A stretch of DNA of 64,000 bases from an uncultured Candidatus Binatia bacterium (lineage in GTDB: Bacteria; Desulfobacterota; Binatia; UBA9968; JAJDTQ01): contig OZ244070.1 in assembly GCA_965215605.1 (NCBI GenBank), forward strand, positions 2,496,001 to 2,560,000, given 5' to 3'. Position 1 is the stretch's first letter. Each line of letters begins with the position of its first letter. A program made the translations under genes and the position numbers. Below, in pieces: positions 57,196 through 64,000 of the stretch. Below the pieces are notes generated by a model. It was not told the origin of the DNA and ran no database searches. It saw nothing but the letters and a program-made list of their open reading frames with translations.

Positions 57196-58626
57196 TTGAC
57201 GTTCCTGAATGACACCACCGAAACGTTGGAGTTTCCGCCGCCCCCGTCCGAGACCCTGAACGGGGACGGCCGGCATGGGGGCGTCACGGGCCTGGAGGAA
57301 CATCGGCCGGACGGCCCGTTCAGTCTGTCCGACTACGAGGCGGTCATCGGCCGGGATCTGGTGGACGAGCTCAGGGGGCTGGCGGAGCCCTTGACCGGCC
57401 GGGGATGGGTGAACGTGAATTCCACGGCGGTGGGCGGCGGAGTGGCCGAGATGCTTCGCAGCGTCGTTCCCCTGGCCCGGTTGCTGGGCGTGGACGCCCG
57501 GTGGTGCACGATTCGCGGCAACCCGGAGTTCTTCCAGGTAACCAAGAAGTTTCACAACCTGCTGCAGGGCGCCGGGGCGCCCGTTTCCCTCGACGAGATC
57601 TTCGGCGCGTACCTCGATACCATCGAGGAGAATGCCTGCGATGCCTTCATTGCTTCGGACCTCACCGTCATTCATGATCCGCAGCCGGCGGCGATGATCA
57701 TGAACGCGCCGATCCGCGGCAACGTGATCTGGCGCTGCCACATCGATACCTCGGCGCCCGACAGGACCGTCTGGCGGTTCCTGTTGCCGTATATCAACCA
57801 CTATGACGGAGCCGTGTTCACCATGCCCGAGTTCGTCGGGCCGGGGCTCAAGGTCCCGGTATACGAGATCATGCCGTGCATCGACCCCCTCGCCCCGAAG
57901 AACCGGCACTACACGCGGAACGAGGCGCTGGATGTCCTGCAACCCTTGTTCAAGGCCCAGGACGTGGACCCGGAGAGGCCCATCTTCGCCGCCATCTCCC
58001 GCTATGACCGCCACAAGAATCAGGCCACGATACTCAAAGCCTTCCAGCGCCTGAGCGAGGAGCGGGGACGCGACCCCCGGCCGTACCTCGTCTTCATCGG
58101 GAATACCGCCTCCGACGACCCGGAAGGCGCTGACGTGCTGCACGAATTGAGGCAGCAGGCCGGGGGCCATCCGGATGTTCGGTTCTGCGTCAACGTGGAG
58201 GACAACGACCGCGTGGTGGGCGCACTGATGAGCGTCGCGCGGGGATTCGTGCACGTGTCGACAAAGGAAGGATTCGGGCTGGTGGTGGCCGAGGCCCTGT
58301 GGCAGGGGGCGCCCGTCATTGGCTCCCGGGCGGGCGGCATCAAGAGGCAGGTCATCGACGGCGTGACCGGCCATCTGGTGGATCCGCTGGACGTCGATGC
58401 CATCGCTTCGCGAATGGCCGCCGTGCTGGACGACGTCGACGCGGCCGCGGCCCTGGGCCGCCAAGGGAGGGATCACGTCCGCCGAAATTTCCTGCTGCCG
58501 GAACTGCTCAAGCGTTACCTGATGCTCATGAGCTACTACTGCGGCGTCAGTCCGGCGCCGCCGCCGCTCGGGTACGGCGACGAGTTCCACGGCGGCAACG
58601 CCTCCCGGCGCGAAAAGCGGGCTTGA
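57196..58626 (+). CDS. GT4 glycosyltransferase, trehalose synthase TreT-like
   Basis: VNSTAVGGGVAEML, TKKFHNLLQG, IHDPQP, WRCHID, EGFGLVVAEALW. Confidence 0.88.
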   Translation: MTFLNDTTETLEFPPPPSETLNGDGRHGGVTGLEEHRPDGPFSLSDYEAVIGRDLVDELRGLAEPLTGRGWVNVNSTAVGGGVAEMLRSVVPLARLLGVDARWCTIRGNPEFFQVTKKFHNLLQGAGAPVSLDEIFGAYLDTIEENACDAFIASDLTVIHDPQPAAMIMNAPIRGNVIWRCHIDTSAPDRTVWRFLLPYINHYDGAVFTMPEFVGPGLKVPVYEIMPCIDPLAPKNRHYTRNEALDVLQPLFKAQDVDPERPIFAAISRYDRHKNQATILKAFQRLSEERGRDPRPYLVFIGNTASDDPEGADVLHELRQQAGGHPDVRFCVNVEDNDRVVGALMSVARGFVHVSTKEGFGLVVAEALWQGAPVIGSRAGGIKRQVIDGVTGHLVDPLDVDAIASRMAAVLDDVDAAAALGRQGRDHVRRNFLLPELLKRYLMLMSYYCGVSPAPPPLGYGDEFHGGNASRREKRA

Positions 58627-58660
58627 AGTGTGCCCCGGCGCCCTTGGTGGCCGTTTTCTC

Positions 58661-58689
58661 TTTACAATATCGAAATGTTCTCATATCTT
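58661..58689 (+). promoter_or_regulatory. Putative sigma70 promoter of the HU gene
   Basis: TTTACA, 17 nt spacer, TATCTT, in an AT-rich intergenic region. Confidence 0.5.
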
Positions 58690-58745
58690 AAGGATTATCA
58701 CTTGAACCGGCGTCCCTTGCCAGAAGGGGTGCGGAAGGGAAAGGT

Positions 58746-59054
58746 ATGGCAGCAACGAAGATGACTCAGGCGCAAATCGTGACGGACCTTGCGGCCAAGT
58801 GCGACCTCAACAAACGAGCCGCAAAAGACTTTCTCGACAATCTGGCCGCGCTGGCCGTCAAGGAGGTGAAGAAGAGCGGAGTCTTCATCGTACCGGGCAT
58901 CGGCCGGCTCGTTAAGACCAACAGAAAGGCCCGCATGGGGCGCAATCCGGCTACGGGGCAGGCAATCAAGATTCCTGCCAAGCGAGTCGTCAAGTTTCGT
59001 ATTGCCAAAGCCTGCAAGGACGCCATCGTCCCCCCGAAGAAGCCCCGCAGCTAA
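58746..59054 (+). CDS. HU family DNA-binding protein
   Basis: PGIGRL, RKARMGRNPATGQAIKIPAKRVVKFR. Confidence 0.95.
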   Translation: MAATKMTQAQIVTDLAAKCDLNKRAAKDFLDNLAALAVKEVKKSGVFIVPGIGRLVKTNRKARMGRNPATGQAIKIPAKRVVKFRIAKACKDAIVPPKKPRS

Positions 59055-59065
59055 TAGATATGCGA

Positions 59066-59093
59066 CCGGAGGCCGGGGACGCGTGGCCTCCGG
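59066..59093 (+). terminator. Hairpin after the HU gene
   Basis: CCGGAGGCC...GGCCTCCGG inverted repeat; U-tract weak. Confidence 0.4.
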
Positions 59094-59132
59094 CCGGCTC
59101 ATCAGCCTGTCGGACTTGGCGGACGTTCGAAC

Positions 59133-59933
59133 ATGGTGGACAAGTCCGAAGGGGGCAGGGTGATGGCGGTCTATCACGTCAAGGGTGGTGTCGGTAAGAC
59201 CGCCGCTGCCGTAAACCTCGCCTATCTCAGCGCCTCGTCCGGGTTCAGGACGTTGCTTTGCGATCTCGACCCGCAGAGTTCGGCGACCTACTATCTTCGG
59301 GTAAAGCCCAGGCTCAAGCATGCCAGAAGGGTCCTCCTCAAGGGAGGAGCGAAGGTTTCCCGCAACATCAAGGGCACCGACTACGACGGTCTGGATCTCT
59401 TGCCCGCCGACTGGTCCCACCGCCATCTGCCCGCTTCACTGGATCACGCCGGCAAGTCCAGGAAACGGTTGCGCAGCATACTCGGCCCCTTCCGTGGCGA
59501 GTACGACCTGATCGTGCTCGACAGCCCCGCCACCGCAACTCTGCTGGCGGAGAGCATCTTCGTGGCGTCGGACCTTGTGCTGGTGCCGGTTGTCCCCTCC
59601 ACACTCGCCGCTCGGGCGTACGCCAACCTGCGGGCGTTCATCAGGCGCAAGGGCTACGATGAAGGCAAGATCCGGGCGTTCTTCTCCATGGTGGAGGCGC
59701 GCAAGAAGATGCACCGGGCCACCATGGCCGCCATGAAGGAGCAGTTTCCCGGGTGGCTTCAGGCTGCCATCCCTTACGCAGCGGACGTCGAGAGCATGGG
59801 TTTCGCCCGGGCGCCGTTGCCGGCCTTCCTGCCCGCCGCCGCCGCGACCCGGCGTTATCGGGACCTGTGGGACGAACTGGCGGCCGTGCTGGATGCCGCC
59901 GCCGCGGCCCGCGCCCGGGACCTGTCCGTGTAG
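59133..59933 (+). CDS. ParA/Soj-family ATPase (orphan)
   Basis: KGGVGKT, DLDPQSSAT, LDSP; no parB gene adjacent. Confidence 0.9.
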   Translation: MVDKSEGGRVMAVYHVKGGVGKTAAAVNLAYLSASSGFRTLLCDLDPQSSATYYLRVKPRLKHARRVLLKGGAKVSRNIKGTDYDGLDLLPADWSHRHLPASLDHAGKSRKRLRSILGPFRGEYDLIVLDSPATATLLAESIFVASDLVLVPVVPSTLAARAYANLRAFIRRKGYDEGKIRAFFSMVEARKKMHRATMAAMKEQFPGWLQAAIPYAADVESMGFARAPLPAFLPAAAATRRYRDLWDELAAVLDAAAAARARDLSV

Positions 59934-61484
59934 TTGGTCGTGTCCGAGTCCAAGTTCCAGATTCCCGGAGGCCAGGCCGGCCGGCAATGGCTGCGTGAGT
60001 TGAGCGCGCGGCATCGTCTTCACGAAGAGCCGCGCCGCAGGGGCGAGTCCGTGTATTTCGACACCTTCGACGGCAGGCTCGCCGCGGGGTCGCGGGCCTT
60101 GTGGGTCTCCGAGGGGACCCTGTGTCTGGAACGCCCGGACCGTCCGGGTGAGCCGATCCGGATGGCGCTCGATGGGTCTCCCGTATCCGCGGACAGCCTG
60201 CCGCCCGGCGAGCTGAGGGATGGGCTTGCGCCGCTGACCAGGAACCGGGCGCTGCTGAAGCTCTTCTCGGTTCGTTCGGAGGTTCGGAGCTGGCGCAAGT
60301 GGAATGACGACCGGAAGACCGTCGTGCGCGTCTCGTCGAGCAACGACGAGGTCTCGGACGGGGAACGGAGAGCGCGGCTGAACCCCGTTGTCGTGGTGCG
60401 GCGGGTCCGGGGCTACGGGAAGGCCTTTCGGGAAGTCTGCGACTGGTGCGCCAAACGGGCCGTGCTGGTGGACCCGGGCTCCCGCTATCGGCAGGCGCTC
60501 GAGGCCCTCGGGATCGACCCCGGGCGCGGGGCGTCCCTGGGCAGGCTGGAGATCAGCGCCGCCATGACGGCCGCGGAAGGGGTCCGGGCCATGCTGGGGG
60601 CGCAATACCGGGTGGCGCGGGGCAACGAGGAAGGCATCCGCGGTGACGCGGACACGGAGTTCCTGCACGACTTCCGGGTGGCGGTGCGGCGCGCCCGGTC
60701 GTTTCTGGGGCAGCTCCGGAACGCCTTCGCGCCGAAGCCCGCCACGGCGCTGCGGAAGAGCCTGTCATGGCTGGGCAGGTCCACCAACGCCTTGAGGGAT
60801 CTGGACGTGTACCTCGAACAGCAACCGGCCTACCGGGACATGCTCATGGAACCTCTGGCCGGAGACCTCGCGCCGCTGTTCGAATTCGCCGGGCGGCGGC
60901 GGCAGGCCGCGTTCCGGGAGTTCGTGGCGGTGATGGGTTCGGATGCCTACGGCGACACCCTGCGCCGGTGGCGGGCATGCGCCGGCGACGAAGGGGCGTT
61001 GGGCGTGGGCAGCCGTGGTTCCGAGCCGGTGCTGCGTCTGGCCGGGTCCCGGGTGGCGAGGCAGTGCCGGGCGGTCCTGGAGCAGGGCTACGGGCTCCGG
61101 GAACATGCCGGCCCCGATGACCTCCATTCCCTGCGCATCGAGTGCAAGCAGCTTCGTTACCTCATGGAGGCGGTGGCGGAGCCCATGCCCGACACCGGCG
61201 TCGTCGTGCAGCGGCTGAAGAAGCTCCAGGACGCGCTGGGGCGGATCCAGGACCTCTCCGTGCACGAGGCCCGGACGCAGGACTTCGCCCGCGCCATGTC
61301 CCGTGCCGGGAACCGGCAGGTAATGGCGGCCGTCGAGGTGTTGGTGTCGCGGATGCGCGTGGAAAGAGAGCTGGCCTGCGCCAAGGTCCCCGGGTTGTTT
61401 GAACAGTTCAGCCGGAGCCTGCGTGAGACGGAGCCGCCGTACGCGTTGCTGCTGCCCTGGCTTCCGCGAATCCAGTCCGGCTAA
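59934..61484 (+). CDS. CHAD domain protein with CYTH-like N-terminal region
   Basis: YFDTFDGRL; EFLHDFRVAVRRARS, RDLDV, LHSLRIECKQLRY, QDALGRIQD. Confidence 0.88.
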   Translation: MVVSESKFQIPGGQAGRQWLRELSARHRLHEEPRRRGESVYFDTFDGRLAAGSRALWVSEGTLCLERPDRPGEPIRMALDGSPVSADSLPPGELRDGLAPLTRNRALLKLFSVRSEVRSWRKWNDDRKTVVRVSSSNDEVSDGERRARLNPVVVVRRVRGYGKAFREVCDWCAKRAVLVDPGSRYRQALEALGIDPGRGASLGRLEISAAMTAAEGVRAMLGAQYRVARGNEEGIRGDADTEFLHDFRVAVRRARSFLGQLRNAFAPKPATALRKSLSWLGRSTNALRDLDVYLEQQPAYRDMLMEPLAGDLAPLFEFAGRRRQAAFREFVAVMGSDAYGDTLRRWRACAGDEGALGVGSRGSEPVLRLAGSRVARQCRAVLEQGYGLREHAGPDDLHSLRIECKQLRYLMEAVAEPMPDTGVVVQRLKKLQDALGRIQDLSVHEARTQDFARAMSRAGNRQVMAAVEVLVSRMRVERELACAKVPGLFEQFSRSLRETEPPYALLLPWLPRIQSG

Positions 61485-62230
61485 CGTTCCGGGAACATGG
61501 CGGCGCCGATGATCCCGGCCGCGTTGCCGAGGCGCGCGGCTTCCAGCCGGCAGCCCACGTCCTTGAGATAGGGGAAGAACTTTTCGGGCTTCTTGCTGAC
61601 GCCTCCGCCGACGATGAACAGGTCGACGCCCAGCAGGTACTCCACGTGCACCAGGTATTCGTTCAGCCGGGCGCCCCACTTCTTCCAGCTCAGGCCTTTG
61701 CTTGCCCGGACGCTGGCGGCGGCGCGCTTCTCCGCTGCCTTGCCGCCCATTTCGAGGTGCCCCAACTCGGTGTCGGGCAACAGGACGCCGTCCCGGAAGA
61801 CGGCCGAGCCGATACCCGTTCCCAGCGTGATCACCATTACCGTCCCGGCGACGCCCCGGCCGGCGCCGAACTTGAACTCGGCCAGTCCCGCGGCGTCGGC
61901 ATCGTTGCCGATGGCCACCCGGGGCGCTTCCAACTCGGCCTGGAGGCGGCCGGCCAAGTCATAGCCGATCCAGGACGGGTCGAGGTTCGGCGCCCGCTGG
62001 ACCGAGCCGCTCTTGACCAGTCCCGGGAAGCCGCATCCTGCCGGCCCCTGCCACCCGAGTTGCCGCTGGAGCTCCTTGATGGCCGCCATGACGGCCGCCG
62101 GCGTCGCCGGCTGGGGGGTCGGCAGCCGTACCCGTTCGGTCGTCATCTCTCCGCTCCGCGTGTCCACCAGCGCCGCCTTGACCCCGGTGCCGCCGATGTC
62201 GATGCCCATGACCCGGTTTTCCTCGCTCAT
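61481..62230 (-). CDS. ppgK: Polyphosphate glucokinase (ROK family)
   Basis: GIDIGGTGVK, TPQPATP, NDADAAG.AE, TLGTGIGSA, TELGHL, VGGGVSK. Confidence 0.88.
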   Translation of the reverse strand: MSEENRVMGIDIGGTGVKAALVDTRSGEMTTERVRLPTPQPATPAAVMAAIKELQRQLGWQGPAGCGFPGLVKSGSVQRAPNLDPSWIGYDLAGRLQAELEAPRVAIGNDADAAGLAEFKFGAGRGVAGTVMVITLGTGIGSAVFRDGVLLPDTELGHLEMGGKAAEKRAAASVRASKGLSWKKWGARLNEYLVHVEYLLGVDLFIVGGGVSKKPEKFFPYLKDVGCRLEAARLGNAAGIIGAAMFPER

Positions 62231-62368
62231 GCTCTCCTCGTTGCCGTACCTGGTAGCCGCCCGTACGGGCTGCCGCGGCTATTCACGGAGCCGGTAATCG
62301 TCTATCATCATTGAAGCTCACGTGGAATTCAACACCCGGCCGGGCACGGGTTCCCGTCTGGAAGCGGC

Positions 62369-64000
62369 ATGCTCAACGTCCTCACGAGTCTCGTGGCCGT
62401 CCTGGCCGTTACGGTGGCCACGGTCTTTGCCTTCCACAAGCTGAGGCTCCCCACGGTCATCGGCTTCCTGGCGGTGGGTGTGGCCATGGGTCCCCACGGC
62501 CTCAGCGTCATCGGTCACGGCGCCGAGCTGGAGATCCTGGCGGAGATCGGCATCGTGCTGCTGCTGTTCTCCATCGGCCTCGAATTCTCCTTCGAGCGGT
62601 TCCTGGAGGTCAAGAGGCTCGTCATCACCGGCGGGCTGCTGCAGGTGTTCCTCACCGCCCTGGTCGTGACCGCGGCCGGCGTCCATCTGGGATTTCCGCT
62701 GCGCATCAGCTTCTTCTTCGGCATGCTCGCGTCTCTCAGCAGCACCGCCATCGTGCTCAAGATCCTGAGCGACCGCGACGAGCTGTCGGCTCTTCACGGG
62801 CGGCTCGCGGTGGGCACGCTGCTGCTCCAGGACATCATCGCGGTGCCCATGATGCTGTCGGTGCCGGTGCTGGGGGAGACCGACGCGTTTTCCTTCCAGG
62901 TGGTCGCTCTCACGCTGGGAAAAGCGGTGCTGGCCGTGGCGCTGATCTTCATCGCGGCGCGCTTCGTCGTGCCGTGGTTGCTTCATCAGGTGGCGCGGCT
63001 GCGAAACCAGGAGATCTTCGTCCTGTTCGTGCTGCTCATCTGTCTCGGCACCGCCTGGCTGGCGTTCCAGTCCGGGATCTCCCTGGCTTTGGGCGCGTTC
63101 GTGGCCGGTCTCCTGATATCCGATTCGGAGTACAGCCACCAGGTGATTGCCGACATCCATCCGCTGAGGGACAGTTTCGCCGGCATCTTTTTCATCTCCA
63201 TCGGCATGCAGGTGGAAATCGGCTTCGTTGGCGAGGACCTGACCCTGGTCGTCGGCGCATGGCTGCTGCTTGTGCTCATCAAGGGCGGTCTGATCACGGC
63301 CATCTTCTCGTTCCTGCAGCGTTCGTTCCGGCTCGGGCTGCTGTTGGGCCTGGCGCTGGCCCAGGTGGGCGAGTTCTCGCTGATCCTGGCCCGTATGGGC
63401 GGGGCGTTCGATCTCCTCTCACCCGACCAGGAGCAGCTCTTTCTCGCCACCTCGATCCTCAGCATGCTGGCGACCCCTCTGCTGATCCTGGCCGGGGGGC
63501 GGCTGGGCTTCGCGCTGCACCGCGGCGACGGGGCCGAAGGGCCGTCCGCCGGCGACATCACCGGGCATGTCCTCATCGTGGGCTACGGGCTCAACGGACA
63601 GAATCTCGCCCGGGTGCTGCGCGAGGTGGACGTCCCGCACCGGATCCTGGACCTCAACCCTCAGGTGGCGCAGCGGGTGCGGGACGCGGGTGAAGCGATC
63701 CACTTCGGCGATGCCACCCGCCCGTCGGTGCTGGCGGGAATGGGGGTGGCGCGGGCGCGCGTGCTGGTGGTGGCCATCAGCGACCCCACGGCGACCTCGC
63801 GGATCGTCTGGCACGCGCGCCGGTTGAACCCCGACATCTACATCCTCGTGCGGACGCGATACGTGGCGGAGATCCCGCGCCTGACGCGCCTCGGCGCCAA
63901 CGAGGTCATACCGGAGGAATTCGAGACATCGGTGGAGATCTTCGCGCGGGTGCTGCAGGAGTACCACGTGCCACGCAACGTCATCACCCTGCAGGTGGAG
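62369..64000 (+). CDS. CPA2/Kef-type cation:proton antiporter with TrkA-N domain, 3' end runs off the window
   Basis: From ATG 62369: LAEIGIVLLLFSIGLE, LSSTAIVLK, LLLQD, LGAFVAG, QVGEFS, IVGYGLNG, GDAT, PEEFE. Confidence 0.9.
   Translation, partial: MLNVLTSLVAVLAVTVATVFAFHKLRLPTVIGFLAVGVAMGPHGLSVIGHGAELEILAEIGIVLLLFSIGLEFSFERFLEVKRLVITGGLLQVFLTALVVTAAGVHLGFPLRISFFFGMLASLSSTAIVLKILSDRDELSALHGRLAVGTLLLQDIIAVPMMLSVPVLGETDAFSFQVVALTLGKAVLAVALIFIAARFVVPWLLHQVARLRNQEIFVLFVLLICLGTAWLAFQSGISLALGAFVAGLLISDSEYSHQVIADIHPLRDSFAGIFFISIGMQVEIGFVGEDLTLVVGAWLLLVLIKGGLITAIFSFLQRSFRLGLLLGLALAQVGEFSLILARMGGAFDLLSPDQEQLFLATSILSMLATPLLILAGGRLGFALHRGDGAEGPSAGDITGHVLIVGYGLNGQNLARVLREVDVPHRILDLNPQVAQRVRDAGEAIHFGDATRPSVLAGMGVARARVLVVAISDPTATSRIVWHARRLNPDIYILVRTRYVAEIPRLTRLGANEVIPEEFETSVEIFARVLQEYHVPRNVITLQVE

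Overview
A GC-rich, gene-dense bacterial chromosome segment. The gene order (yebC-ruvCAB-ntrY-like; yceD-rpmF-plsX-fab-acpP-glyA-nrdR-rib-nusB-leuS-lptE-rpsT-murJ) resembles Deltaproteobacteria-type lineages; Binatia/sponge-symbiont affinity is only an inference. About 65 CDS fall into four blocks: catabolic genes (1-6 kb), housekeeping and envelope genes (6-33 kb), an accessory catabolic region (33-55 kb, including UbiD, amidohydrolases, a VOC protein and an hcrCAB-like molybdoenzyme) and a trehalose/polyphosphate block (57-62 kb). I saw no tRNA, rRNA, CRISPR array or intact transposase. The top finding is an NtrY-like sensor kinase followed by one ORF that fuses an intact receiver domain to an intact LpxC, suggesting direct two-component control of the committed step of lipid A synthesis. 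Other highlights: an IspH-like Fe-S protein with a remodelled active site leading a UbiD/SLOG/AI-2E gene run; a RibBA whose RibB half looks catalytically dead; an EHD-like dynamin; a triad-less HtrA-like protein; a PIN toxin with an unusually large partner inserted in the rib operon; a probable ATC start codon for ruvC; and a cytochrome c2 remnant missed by the ORF track. All family assignments come from motif recognition by eye, not database searches.
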